DNA of 50,498 nucleotides, from positions 1-50,498 of the forward strand of contig CAYHGV010000003.1 in assembly GCA_964356135.1 (NCBI GenBank), written 5' to 3'. Under the pieces are notes generated by a model that saw only the letters and a list, made by a program, of their open reading frames with translations, was not told the DNA's origin and did no database searches. This DNA is from an uncultured bacterium. Lineage in GTDB: Bacteria > Hydrothermota > Tepidihabitantia > CAYHGV01. Below are positions 27,105 to 36,561 of this stretch, piece by piece. A program made the translations under genes and the position numbers. Each line of letters begins with the position of its first letter. Position 1 is the stretch's first letter.

Positions 27105-29273
27105 ATGTCCGGAGCATTTCCGTTTGAAGTCGGTGCGATGTGGACGATTCTGGGGGTGGCGATTGTCGGTCTTCTATATGCGGTATTGTTGACCCGCCAG
27201 GTCTTAAAAGCTGATCAAGGAACCGCCGAGATGCAGGCGGTGAGCCGCGCTATCCGGGAAGGGGCGGATGCCTACTTGAAACGTCAATTGCAGACGATCG
27301 GTATTTTCATTGTCGTTCTGACGTTTGCCTTGTATCTGACCGCTGCCCTTGCCGGTGGACACTGGACAATCGCCTTCGGTCGGGCAGGCGCTTTTCTCAT
27401 GGGTTCGCTCTTTTCGCTTACGGTCGGTCAGATCGGGATGCGGATGGCGGTTATTGCCAATGTGCGGGTTGCATCCGCAGCCCGGCGCTCATTTGGTGAA
27501 GCGCTCAAAATCGCCTATCGCTCCGGTACGATCACGGGGATGCTGACTGATGGTCTGGGTTTATTGGGTGGGACGATTATTTTCATATTTTATGGCAAGA
27601 TGGCGCCGGAGGTGCTCCTGGGCTTCGGGTTCGGTGGTACGTTGATTGCGCTTTTTATGCGGGTTGGCGGTGGGATATATACCAAAGCCGCGGATGTCGG
27701 TGCGGACCTGGTGGGAAAGATCGAGCAGAATATTCCGGAAGATGACCCGCGTAATGCGGCAGTGATCGCTGATTTGGTCGGCGACAACGTCGGTGACTGC
27801 GCGGGAATGGCGGCGGATATCTTCGAATCCTATGAAGTGACTATTGTTTCAGCAATGATTTTAGGCTTAGCGATTCAACCATTTGAGTTGAAATGGATTC
27901 TGTTTCCGCTTCTGGTCCGGGCAATGGGCGTTATTTCATCGATTATCGGCACCTATTTTGTCCGCGCTTTTAACGAAAAAGAGAATGCGTTTAAGGCGAT
28001 CAAGCGCGGATTCAATTTGTCGGCTGCGACCTCGATTGTTGGTTTTGTCGCCATTGCTTGGTTCTATGTGCGCGATATTCGAGTTGCGATCGCCACTTTT
28101 GCGGGGATTCTTTTGGCGATTGTCACCAACTACCTGACCGAGCACTTCACCGGAACAAACAAGGGTCCGGTCAAAGAGATTGCCAAATCTACCCAGACTG
28201 GTTCGGCGACAACGATTCTTTCCGGTCTCTCAATCGGAATGGAATCGAGTGTCTGGGCGATCATTGTCATCGCCTTTGCGATTCTCGCCAGTGTCATCAT
28301 TTTCCACAAGACGCCATCGATGATTCTCTACGGGGTTGCGCTCTGCGGTATTGGCCAGCTCACTCTGACCGGCAACAACATCGCGATGGACGCATTCGGG
28401 CCGATTGCCGACAATGCCAACGGTATTGGCGAGATGACTCATATGGATAAAAAATCCCGCCAGATTATGGCTGATTTGGATGCGGTCGGGAATACGACCA
28501 AAGCAGTGACCAAAGGAATCGCAATCGGCTCAGCGGTGATTGCAGCGGTTTCGTTGTTCGGTGCCTTCGCTGATACGGTCAAGGCAATCACCGGAATACA
28601 GAATTTTTTCATCGATATCGGCAATCCGTATGTCTTTATCGGTCTTTTAATCGGCGGCTCGGTTCCGTTCCTCTTTTCGGCACTGACCATTCGCGCGGTC
28701 GGCCGGGCAGCGTCTCTGATCGTCAACGAGGTTCGCCGGCAGTTTAAAATTCCGGGTTTAATGGAAGGAAAAGTTAAACCCGATTATGCCCAGGCGGTTC
28801 GACTGTGTACGACCGCGGCACAGCGAGAACTTTTGGGCGTCGGAGTCTTGGCAGTACTTTCGCCGATCATCGTCGGATTTATTTTCAAGGAAGTGGTGTT
28901 AGGCGGATTTTTGGCCGGAGTCATCCTGGTCGGCCAGTTGATGGCGGTGTTTATGGCGAATGCCGGCGGCGCCTGGGACAATGCGAAAAAAACGATTGAA
29001 GACGGTCTCTACGGCGGCAAAGGCTCCCCGGCCCATAAGGCTTCGGTCGTCGGTGATACGGTCGGCGATCCGTTGAAAGACACCTCCGGTCCGGCATTGA
29101 ATCCGATGATCAAGGTTATTAATATGGTTTCGCTTTTGATTGTGCCGTTGATAATTAACTTCAAAAAATGGACGCCCGGGTTGATTGCGCTCAACGTCGT
29201 TTTGGTTGCGGTGGTTGGATTAGCGATCTGGTTTTCGAAGCGGGAAGGGACGCGAGAATCGAACCAAAGTTAA
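27105..29273 (+). CDS. hppA: Membrane-bound proton-translocating pyrophosphatase (K+-independent signature)
   Basis: GGIYTKAADVGADLVGK, DLVGDNVGD, GNTTKA, GDTVGDPLKD. Confidence 0.95.
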   Translation: MSGAFPFEVGAMWTILGVAIVGLLYAVLLTRQVLKADQGTAEMQAVSRAIREGADAYLKRQLQTIGIFIVVLTFALYLTAALAGGHWTIAFGRAGAFLMGSLFSLTVGQIGMRMAVIANVRVASAARRSFGEALKIAYRSGTITGMLTDGLGLLGGTIIFIFYGKMAPEVLLGFGFGGTLIALFMRVGGGIYTKAADVGADLVGKIEQNIPEDDPRNAAVIADLVGDNVGDCAGMAADIFESYEVTIVSAMILGLAIQPFELKWILFPLLVRAMGVISSIIGTYFVRAFNEKENAFKAIKRGFNLSAATSIVGFVAIAWFYVRDIRVAIATFAGILLAIVTNYLTEHFTGTNKGPVKEIAKSTQTGSATTILSGLSIGMESSVWAIIVIAFAILASVIIFHKTPSMILYGVALCGIGQLTLTGNNIAMDAFGPIADNANGIGEMTHMDKKSRQIMADLDAVGNTTKAVTKGIAIGSAVIAAVSLFGAFADTVKAITGIQNFFIDIGNPYVFIGLLIGGSVPFLFSALTIRAVGRAASLIVNEVRRQFKIPGLMEGKVKPDYAQAVRLCTTAAQRELLGVGVLAVLSPIIVGFIFKEVVLGGFLAGVILVGQLMAVFMANAGGAWDNAKKTIEDGLYGGKGSPAHKASVVGDTVGDPLKDTSGPALNPMIKVINMVSLLIVPLIINFKKWTPGLIALNVVLVAVVGLAIWFSKREGTRESNQS

Positions 29274-29320
29274 CCGCAGATTTCGCCTCGAAAACGAGGC
29301 GAGGCAGATAGCCGCAGATG
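29274..29320. repeat. GCAGAT repeat tract with nested 20-nt hairpin (29283-29302)
   Basis: 26 nt (29277-29302) identical to 5088-5113; last unit gcagATG provides the next start codon. Confidence 0.85.
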
Positions 29321-29908
29321 AAAACTTTAATCATCAACAGTTACCGGAACGAACCGGAAAAGAAGATTGAGAATTATGTGCGGCTGGTAGAAAAATTGAG
29401 TCAATACGAGGTAATCGCCGACAAAAATATCGAGCCGACTTTCAATACATCCCGGTTTGATGCCGTGGTTTTGTCCGGTTCGTCCGCGTTTGTGTCGTCC
29501 GGCGACTACTGCGAAAATTTTATTCTTTTTTTAAGGAAATTGACAATTCCGGTTTTAGGCGTTTGTTATGGCCATCAAATTTTAGTGAAGGCTTTTGGCG
29601 GCGTGGTAACCAAAGGCGAACTGGTGGATAAACTGGAACAGATTCGAATTACGGCTCCGGACCCGCTCTTCGCCGGATTGGGGGCAGAGTTCCAGGCGGT
29701 GGAGAACCACTATGAATATGTAGAAGATACGGGCTTGGGCGCTGCTGATTTTCGGCTTCTGGCAGGCTCCGTCTCCTGCCCGGTTGAGGCGATCCGGCAC
29801 AAGCGTAAGCCGTTGTACGGTCTTCAGTTCCACCTTGAGCGGTCGGGCGGGATTGGGGAGAAGTTACTTGCCAATTTTTATAACCATATCGTGACAACCA
29901 AAACTTGA
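29318..29908 (+). CDS. Class I glutamine amidotransferase (GMP synthase A subunit-like)
   Basis: LSGS, GVCYGHQ, GLQFHLE triad. Confidence 0.9.
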   Translation: MKTLIINSYRNEPEKKIENYVRLVEKLSQYEVIADKNIEPTFNTSRFDAVVLSGSSAFVSSGDYCENFILFLRKLTIPVLGVCYGHQILVKAFGGVVTKGELVDKLEQIRITAPDPLFAGLGAEFQAVENHYEYVEDTGLGAADFRLLAGSVSCPVEAIRHKRKPLYGLQFHLERSGGIGEKLLANFYNHIVTTKT

Positions 29909-29938
29909 GGTTGAGAGTAAAGAGATCGGTTTTAGGTC

Positions 29939-30026
29939 TTGACAATTTTTCGATAATCCTTATATTGTAAGAAAACTAATAAATTCCGAAAAACCTGTTG
30001 ACTAAGGGGGAATTTTTTGTTATTAT
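29939..30026 (+). promoter_or_regulatory. Tandem sigma70 promoters upstream of rplF
   Basis: TTGACA-N16-TATATT (29939-29966) and TTGACT-N17-TATTAT (29998-30026); SD AGGAG. Confidence 0.7.
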
Positions 30027-30057
30027 TTTATCATGATTATAATGCGCAGGAGTCAAA

Positions 30058-30636
30058 TTGGCTAAAGCTTATTTGAGACCGATACCCATCCCCGACGGAG
30101 TGGTGATCAGTGAAAAAGACCGCCGGGTATTGGTTAAAGGGCCTTTGGGTAACCGTGAGCTTTCCCTTCGGCCGGAGATAAGTATCGAATTTGGCGACAA
30201 GTCCCTCCGGTTCATAGGCAAAGGGGGCGGAGTTAAAATACCCGCTTTTTTAGGGCTGACCCGGGGTCTCGTGCTCAGCATGATTGAAGGGGTGACAAAA
30301 GGGTTTACCAAGCTCCTCGAGATACGGGGCGTCGGCTACCGGGCGCAGAAGACGGCTTCGGGGGCGCAGATTTTCCTCGGGTTCAGTAACCCGGTCGACT
30401 TTATCCTGCCACCGGGCGTCACCCTCGAAATGCGGACCCTCGCTAACCCGGATGACCCGAAAACCCAGATGACCGAGATTACGGTTCAAGGGATTGACAA
30501 GCAAGTTGTCGGTGAAGTGGCAGCGGAGATTCGAAGACTGAAACCACCGGATGTCTATAAAGGGAAAGGAGTCCGGTATAAGAAAGAATACGTGCGCAAG
30601 AAGGTTGGAAAACGAGGGATAGCGGTCCAGGCATGA
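30058..30636 (+). CDS. rplF: 50S ribosomal protein L6
   Basis: VKGPLG, GVGYRA, GIDKQVVG, PDVYKGKGVRY. Confidence 0.97.
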   Translation: MAKAYLRPIPIPDGVVISEKDRRVLVKGPLGNRELSLRPEISIEFGDKSLRFIGKGGGVKIPAFLGLTRGLVLSMIEGVTKGFTKLLEIRGVGYRAQKTASGAQIFLGFSNPVDFILPPGVTLEMRTLANPDDPKTQMTEITVQGIDKQVVGEVAAEIRRLKPPDVYKGKGVRYKKEYVRKKVGKRGIAVQA

Positions 30637-30989
30637 GGTACGAGGCTCGAGAGCGGCGACATCTGGCGATACGAAAGCGGGTTTTCGGTACTAAAGAGCG
30701 TCCCCGGCTTTGTGTCTATCGGGCGAATAAGCATATTTACGGAATACTGATTGATGACCAGAGCCACCGGGTGATTACCTCGATATCGACTCTTTCGAAA
30801 GATGTAAAAAATATGAAAGATAAAGCGAAAGGAAAAATTGAGATTGCGAAGTCGGTGGGCAAAGTGTTAGCAGAAAAAGCGAAAGCATTGGGCATTGAAC
30901 GGGTGGTCTGTGACCGGGCAGGGTACAAATACCATGGTCGGGTCAAGGCGTTAACGGTTGGTGCCAGAGAAGGGGGTTTGATATTTTAG
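30633..30989 (+). CDS. rplR: 50S ribosomal protein L18
   Basis: GTKERPRL, DRAGYKYHGRVKAL. Confidence 0.97.
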   Translation: MRYEARERRHLAIRKRVFGTKERPRLCVYRANKHIYGILIDDQSHRVITSISTLSKDVKNMKDKAKGKIEIAKSVGKVLAEKAKALGIERVVCDRAGYKYHGRVKALTVGAREGGLIF

Positions 30990-31009
30990 AACAGAGATTC
31001 AGCAGTACG

Positions 31010-31525
31010 ATGGGAACCCAGCCCGAAATGATTGAACGGGTTATAAATATTAAACGGGTATCGAAAGTGGTTAAAGGTGGAAAACGGATGAAGATTTCCG
31101 CGGCGGTAGTGGTTGGTGACGGCAAAGGAATGGTTGGAGTCGGTCATGGTAAAGCGGCAGAAGTGGCGATCGCGGTGAGAAAGGCGTCGGAACGGGCAAA
31201 AAAAGAATTGGTTCAGATTTCGCTGCGCGGTCATACCATTCCCCATACTGCAACCGGGAAGTACGGTGCTTCCAAGGTGATTATTAAACCCGCTTCCGAC
31301 GGGACCGGTTTGGTCGCCTGTCCCCAGGTGCGGGCGGTGTTGGAGGCATGCGGAGTGAAAGATGCTCTGACCAAATCGTTGAGCTCTCACAATCCGTACA
31401 ATCTGGCGGTTGCGACTATCCGGGCATTGGCGAGTTTACGGACATTAGAAGAAATGGCTGCGGTCAGGAATAAACCATTCGCTTATTTTGTTGAGAAAAA
31501 GGTACCGGTCAATGAAACAACTTAA
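31010..31525 (+). CDS. rpsE: 30S ribosomal protein S5
   Basis: [29 protein letters not shown]. Confidence 0.97.
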   Translation: MGTQPEMIERVINIKRVSKVVKGGKRMKISAAVVVGDGKGMVGVGHGKAAEVAIAVRKASERAKKELVQISLRGHTIPHTATGKYGASKVIIKPASDGTGLVACPQVRAVLEACGVKDALTKSLSSHNPYNLAVATIRALASLRTLEEMAAVRNKPFAYFVEKKVPVNETT

Positions 31526-31691
31526 AGTAACATTACGGCGGAGCGTCATTGATACCAAAGAAGACCACAAGCGGACGGTGCGGGCACTGGGTTTACGTCG
31601 AACCGGCCACTCGCGCATTGTAACCGGCACACCGCAAATCCTGGGTATGATACAAAAGGTCGCGTATCTGCTCAAAGTCGAGGAAGTCTAA
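31512..31691 (+). CDS. rpmD: 50S ribosomal protein L30
   Basis: Likely start ATG 31512; [22 protein letters not shown]. Confidence 0.95.
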   Translation: MKQLKVTLRRSVIDTKEDHKRTVRALGLRRTGHSRIVTGTPQILGMIQKVAYLLKVEEV

Positions 31692-32128
31692 TGCTGTCGC
31701 GACTGCAACCGCCACGCGGTGCACGGAAGCGGCGCAAGCGGGTCGGATGCGGGCCCGGGTCAGGTCACGGCAAGACATCGACCCGCGGCCATAAAGGTGC
31801 GGGCGCACGTTCGGGCAAGGAGTTTGGTCCGGGTTTTGAGGGCGGTCAAATGCCGTTGTACCGGCGGATTCCGAAGCGGGGATTCACGAGCCGGGTTAAA
31901 AATGAATTTGAAATAGTCAATCTCCGGCAGCTCACTGTTTACCCGGCGAATTCCGAAGTTACACCCATGTCATTATTTGAAAAAAAGATAATCAAAGAAG
32001 GTGCGGCAGTTAAGATTTTGGGGACGGGAGAAATTTTGGTCCCGTTGACCGTCAAAGCCCATGCGTTTTCAAAAAAGGCGAAACAGCTGATTGAAAAAGC
32101 GGGCGGGAAAGTGGAGATCGTCGGTTGA
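31691..32128 (+). CDS. rplO: 50S ribosomal protein L15
   Basis: GSGHGKT, FEGGQMPLYRRIPKRGF. Confidence 0.97.
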   Translation: MLSRLQPPRGARKRRKRVGCGPGSGHGKTSTRGHKGAGARSGKEFGPGFEGGQMPLYRRIPKRGFTSRVKNEFEIVNLRQLTVYPANSEVTPMSLFEKKIIKEGAAVKILGTGEILVPLTVKAHAFSKKAKQLIEKAGGKVEIVG

Positions 32129-33441
32129 TTTCATCTGCCCAGAATATCTTTAGAATCCCAGACCTGCGCAAGAAGATTATCTTTACCTTCTTGATGGTGA
32201 TTGTCTATCGATTAGGTACTCATATTCCCACCCCCGGGATCAATGCCCAGGCATTGGGTGCACTGCTTGGCCAGATGCGGGGCACGGTGTTCGGTCTCTA
32301 CGATATCTTCGTCGGCGGCGCGCTGTCGCGGGCGGCGATTTTAGGATTGGGAGTGATGCCGTATATTTCGGCTTCAATCGTATTCCAGCTCATGGGTTCG
32401 GTGTTTCCGGCGATTGAGAAGCTGCAGCGGGAAGAGGAAGGTCGAAAAAAGATCAATCAGTATACGCGCTATGCAACCGTTGCATTAGCGGTAATTCAGG
32501 CGGTTGCGATCGCCGCCTTTTTGGAGAACCAACCGCCGGTCCGGGTCGGCGATATGTTGATGCCGATCGTGACTCAAAGCGGGATGTTCTTCCGATTGGT
32601 GACGGTTCTCACCTTGACCGCCGGTACGATCTTTGCCATGTGGCTGGGCGAGCTCATTACCGAGAAAGGGATCGGCAACGGTATTTCTTTTATTATATTC
32701 ATCGGCTGTTTAGATAGCTGGCCCTCGGATTTGGGTAGAACAGTTGCCGCGGTGCGTGCGGGGAGTATTTCGTTCATTGCGGTCATTCTTATCGTTCTCA
32801 TCATCATTGTGGTTTTTGGGGCAGTGGTTCTGTTGACCCAGGCAATGAGGAAGATACCGGTCCAGTATCCGAAACGGATTGTCGGGCGTAAGATGTATGG
32901 TGGGCAATCGACCTTTATTCCTTTGCGGGTGACGACCGCCGGCGTTATTCCTATCATATTTGCCCAGAGTATCATTGTCGTTCCTTCGACGCTTGCTTCG
33001 CTGATTAAACTTCCCTTTTTCCAGACCCTCCAAACGGTGTTCCACTCCGGCTATTGGCTCTATGATTTGCTTTACGCTGTGCTGATTATCTTCTTCACCT
33101 ATTTTTATACCTCGATTGTGTTCAATCCCCAGGATATTTCGGATAATATGAAGCGCCATGGAGGGTTTGTGCCCGGGATTCGGCCCGGTCCCCAGACCCG
33201 GGATTATATCGACCGGGTGCTGTCGCGGATTACACTGCCGGGTGCACTCTTTTTGGCTGCCATTGCGTTGTTCCCGTTCTATTTTATGGGCATGCTCCAT
33301 GCACCGTTCTATTTTGGCGGGACGACTTTGTTGATCATTGTTGGTGTCGCTTTAGATACCCTGCAGCAAATCGAATCGCATTTGTTGATGCGCCACTACG
33401 AAGGCCTTTTGAAGTCATCGCGTATTCGGGGTCGGAGGTAG
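32125..33441 (+). CDS. secY: Preprotein translocase SecY
   Basis: LGVMPYISASI, GIGNGIS, IPIIFA, FGGTTLLIIVGV. Confidence 0.98.
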   Translation: MISSAQNIFRIPDLRKKIIFTFLMVIVYRLGTHIPTPGINAQALGALLGQMRGTVFGLYDIFVGGALSRAAILGLGVMPYISASIVFQLMGSVFPAIEKLQREEEGRKKINQYTRYATVALAVIQAVAIAAFLENQPPVRVGDMLMPIVTQSGMFFRLVTVLTLTAGTIFAMWLGELITEKGIGNGISFIIFIGCLDSWPSDLGRTVAAVRAGSISFIAVILIVLIIIVVFGAVVLLTQAMRKIPVQYPKRIVGRKMYGGQSTFIPLRVTTAGVIPIIFAQSIIVVPSTLASLIKLPFFQTLQTVFHSGYWLYDLLYAVLIIFFTYFYTSIVFNPQDISDNMKRHGGFVPGIRPGPQTRDYIDRVLSRITLPGALFLAAIALFPFYFMGMLHAPFYFGGTTLLIIVGVALDTLQQIESHLLMRHYEGLLKSSRIRGRR

Positions 33442-34076
33442 TGAGGATAGTGATTTTGGGACCGCCGGGCTCGGGCAAAGGCACCCAGGCTCAGATTCTT
33501 GCTTCGACAAAAGGTTGGGCTTGGTTTTCGACCGGTGATGTCCTGCGTAAGGAGATCAGTAGAAACACGGTCCGCGCCCAATCAGTTCGCCGGTATGTCG
33601 AAACCGGGTCACTCGTTCCCGACGGAGTTATCTTGGACCTGGCGAAAGAGTTTCTGGCGGGGAGTGGCACGGCGGGCGTCGTATTCGACGGTTTTCCCCG
33701 AACCTTGAAGCAGGCAGAAGGTCTTGACCGGTTATTAGGCCAGCGGTTAGACCGGGCAGTGTTTATCGACTTGCCGGATAGCGAAGTTGTCACCCGGCTT
33801 ACCAGCCGCTGGGTTTGTCCCGACTGCGGAGAAACCTATAACATCATAACCAGTCCGCCGACAAAGACCGGCACCTGTGACCGCTGTCAGGGTCAGCTCA
33901 AGCCGCGCGTCGATGACACGGCAGATGTGATAACCGCCCGACTTGCAATCTATCACAAAAACGAACAAGAACTTTTTCATTACTATGAAAAGCAGGGGAT
34001 TGCAAAAAAAGTGGACGGGACGGGAAGCATCGAGGGAGTTCATGAGCGGATTGTGGCGTCATGGGTGTCTTCATAA
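33441..34076 (+). CDS. adk: Adenylate kinase (Zn-lid)
   Basis: GPPGSGKGTQ, DGFPRT, CPDC/CDRC lid. Confidence 0.96.
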   Translation: MRIVILGPPGSGKGTQAQILASTKGWAWFSTGDVLRKEISRNTVRAQSVRRYVETGSLVPDGVILDLAKEFLAGSGTAGVVFDGFPRTLKQAEGLDRLLGQRLDRAVFIDLPDSEVVTRLTSRWVCPDCGETYNIITSPPTKTGTCDRCQGQLKPRVDDTADVITARLAIYHKNEQELFHYYEKQGIAKKVDGTGSIEGVHERIVASWVSS

Positions 34077-34813
34077 AGTCAGCGTCGGAGATTGCGAAAA
34101 TCCGGGATGCTGCCCGGATTGTGGCGAAGTCCCTCGATTTTGTTGAAGGCGAGCTCGCAGCGGGAATGATGACCAAAGAGGTGGAAGTTCTCCTGGATGA
34201 ATTTATTCATAACGAAGGAGGCGTGTCCGCGTTTAAGGGCTATCGAGGTTTTCCGGCAGCAGTCTGTATCAGTCTGAATGAAGAAGTAGTGCACGGCATT
34301 CCCGACTCGAGGAAACTGGTCGACGGTGACGTCGTCAAAATCGATGTCGGAGTCAAAAAAGACGGATTTTATGCGGATGGAGCGAAAAGTTTTACCGTGG
34401 GGACGGTTGATAAAAAAATTGCCGAGCTCTTGACGGTGAGTCAGGAGGCTCTCTACTTAGGTATTGAAAAAGCCCGGTCGGGGAATCACGTTTCGGATAT
34501 TTCACACACCATTGAAAACCATGCACAGCGATTCGGATTTTCAGTGGTCAAGGAACTCGCCGGACACGGAGTGGGAATCGAGCTTCACGAAGAGCCCCAG
34601 ATTCCCAATTTCGGCCGACCCGGCCACGGCGTCAAGCTCGAACCAGGAATGACGCTGTGCATTGAACCGATGTTGAATCTCGGAACCGACCGGGTCAAAA
34701 CTTTGAAAAACGGCTGGACGGTCGTAACGGCGGACGGCTTATCCTCAGCCCATTTTGAGCATACGGTTCTCGTGGGCGAAAGCCGTCCTGAGATACTCAC
34801 GCAGCTCGGCTGA
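34061..34813 (+). CDS. map: Methionine aminopeptidase type I
   Basis: VVHGIP, GHGVG..LHEEP, IEPM, SAHFEHT. Confidence 0.97.
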   Translation: MGVFIKSASEIAKIRDAARIVAKSLDFVEGELAAGMMTKEVEVLLDEFIHNEGGVSAFKGYRGFPAAVCISLNEEVVHGIPDSRKLVDGDVVKIDVGVKKDGFYADGAKSFTVGTVDKKIAELLTVSQEALYLGIEKARSGNHVSDISHTIENHAQRFGFSVVKELAGHGVGIELHEEPQIPNFGRPGHGVKLEPGMTLCIEPMLNLGTDRVKTLKNGWTVVTADGLSSAHFEHTVLVGESRPEILTQLG

Positions 34814-35031
34814 TGGCACGAAAGGATATGATTCAAACCGAAGGGACGATCATCGAAGCGTTGCCCAATGCCTTTTTCCGGGTGGAATTAGATAACGGCC
34901 ACCGGGTTCTCGCTCACGTCTCGGGCAAGATGCGAATGCACTTTATCAGGATTCTACCCGGCGACCGGGTGATGGTTGAGTTGTCACCCTATGACTTGTC
35001 CCGGGGTCGAATTGTCTATCGGTATAAATAA
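34813..35031 (+). CDS. infA: Translation initiation factor IF-1
   Basis: [25 protein letters not shown]. Confidence 0.98.
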   Translation: MARKDMIQTEGTIIEALPNAFFRVELDNGHRVLAHVSGKMRMHFIRILPGDRVMVELSPYDLSRGRIVYRYK

Positions 35032-35045
35032 AAACAAGGATAGCG

Positions 35046-35162
35046 ATGAAAGTAAAACCATCAATTAAGAAGCGATGTGCACACTGCAAGATTATAAAGC
35101 GGCGGGGTGTGCTCCGGGTCATCTGCTCGCGTGACCCCAAGCATAAACAACGCCAGGGATAG
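35046..35162 (+). CDS. rpmJ: 50S ribosomal protein L36 (Zn-binding form; absent from the ORF track)
   Basis: Manual translation [38 protein letters not shown]. Confidence 0.97.
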   Translation: MKVKPSIKKRCAHCKIIKRRGVLRVICSRDPKHKQRQG

Positions 35163-35170
35163 GAGGTGTA

Positions 35171-35551
35171 ATGGCACGAATTGCTGGTGTTGAATTACCA
35201 CGAAATAAGAGTATCGAGTACGCTCTGCCTCACATTTATGGAATCGGCCAGGTCACTGCCCGCCTGATTATTAAACGGGCACAGGTTGATCCTCATAAGA
35301 AGGTTTCGGTACTTTCGGATGACGAGGTGACGAGAATCCGGAAGGAAATCGAAACGAACTATAAGGTCGAAGGTGCCTTACGGGCAGAGATTTCGAGTAA
35401 TATTAAGCGCTACATTGAAATCGGTTCGTATCGGGGTATGCGTCATAAGTCGGGATTGCCGGTTCGAGGACAACGGACCCGGACCAATGCCCGGACCCGG
35501 AAAGGTCCGCGTAAAACTGCGGGCGTCATCAAAGTAAAGAAGGGAGAATAG
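35171..35551 (+). CDS. rpsM: 30S ribosomal protein S13
   Basis: [24 protein letters not shown]. Confidence 0.98.
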   Translation: MARIAGVELPRNKSIEYALPHIYGIGQVTARLIIKRAQVDPHKKVSVLSDDEVTRIRKEIETNYKVEGALRAEISSNIKRYIEIGSYRGMRHKSGLPVRGQRTRTNARTRKGPRKTAGVIKVKKGE

Positions 35552-35552
35552 G

Positions 35553-35930
35553 ATGGCGAAGCGCACGCAAAAAAAACGAAGGGTCGCGCCGGTGGGGGTA
35601 GCCCATATCGCGGCGACGTTTAATAATACGATTATTAGTATTACCGACCCTGAAGGTAATGTCATCGCCTGGTCGTCACCCGGCCGTTCCGGTTTTAAAG
35701 GAACGAAAAAGGGGACACCGTATGCTGCCCAGATCGCGGCTGAGAATTGCGCGCGCGAGGCGGTTGCACAGGGATTGAAAAAAGTTGATGTAAAAATTAA
35801 AGGGCCCGGTCCGGGTCGGGAAGTAGCAATTCGTTCTCTTCAAAACGCCGGTCTCGATATTATGTCAATCAAGGATGTAACGCCGATACCGCACAACGGC
35901 TGTCGGCCGCCCAGGCGGCGGAGAGTATAA
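35553..35930 (+). CDS. rpsK: 30S ribosomal protein S11
   Basis: [24 protein letters not shown]. Confidence 0.98.
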   Translation: MAKRTQKKRRVAPVGVAHIAATFNNTIISITDPEGNVIAWSSPGRSGFKGTKKGTPYAAQIAAENCAREAVAQGLKKVDVKIKGPGPGREVAIRSLQNAGLDIMSIKDVTPIPHNGCRPPRRRRV

Positions 35931-35931
35931 G

Positions 35932-36552
35932 ATGGCACGCTATATTGATCGGCGCTGTGTGCGATGTCGAAGAGCGGGCGAGAAGCTCTTTTTGAAAGGT
36001 GAGCGGTGTTTTACCGAGAAGTGCGCAATCAGCCGGCGGCCCGCATCCGAACAGAGAAAACGGGGCAAAAAAATGTCGGCGTATTCAATTCAGCTCCTGG
36101 AGAAGCAAAAACTGAAGGCAATTTACGGGGTATTAGAAACGCAATTCCGGCTCTATTTTGAGAGAGCGGAGAAGAAGGGTAACCCGGCGGAAAACCTTTT
36201 GAGTCTCCTCGAGCGGAGGCTGGACAATGCGATCTACCGGCTCGGGTTTGCGAGTTCACGGACCCAAGCCCGCCAGGTGGTGCGCCACGGCCATATCATT
36301 GTTAATCAAAGAAAAGTCGATATTCCTTCGTTTACCGTGAAGCCCGGAGACCTGATTGGAGTTCGAGACAAGAGCCGAAAATTACCGGTCGTCAAAGAAG
36401 GTCTGGAAAACAAAGACCCGGTAGCGGTCGTGGGCTGGTTGGAACTGGATAAGGAGCGTATGGCGGGTAAAGTTTTACGCATACCGACGATTGAGGATAC
36501 AGGTGACATACCGGCTAATCCCCGGTTAGTCGTCGAGTTATACTCTAAATAG
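35932..36552 (+). CDS. rpsD: 30S ribosomal protein S4 (Zn-binding form)
   Basis: MARY..CVRCRR..LFLKG.RC...KC, LERRLDN, ARQVVRHGH, VELYSK. Confidence 0.98.
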   Translation: MARYIDRRCVRCRRAGEKLFLKGERCFTEKCAISRRPASEQRKRGKKMSAYSIQLLEKQKLKAIYGVLETQFRLYFERAEKKGNPAENLLSLLERRLDNAIYRLGFASSRTQARQVVRHGHIIVNQRKVDIPSFTVKPGDLIGVRDKSRKLPVVKEGLENKDPVAVVGWLELDKERMAGKVLRIPTIEDTGDIPANPRLVVELYSK

Positions 36553-36561
36553 GAAGGGTGA

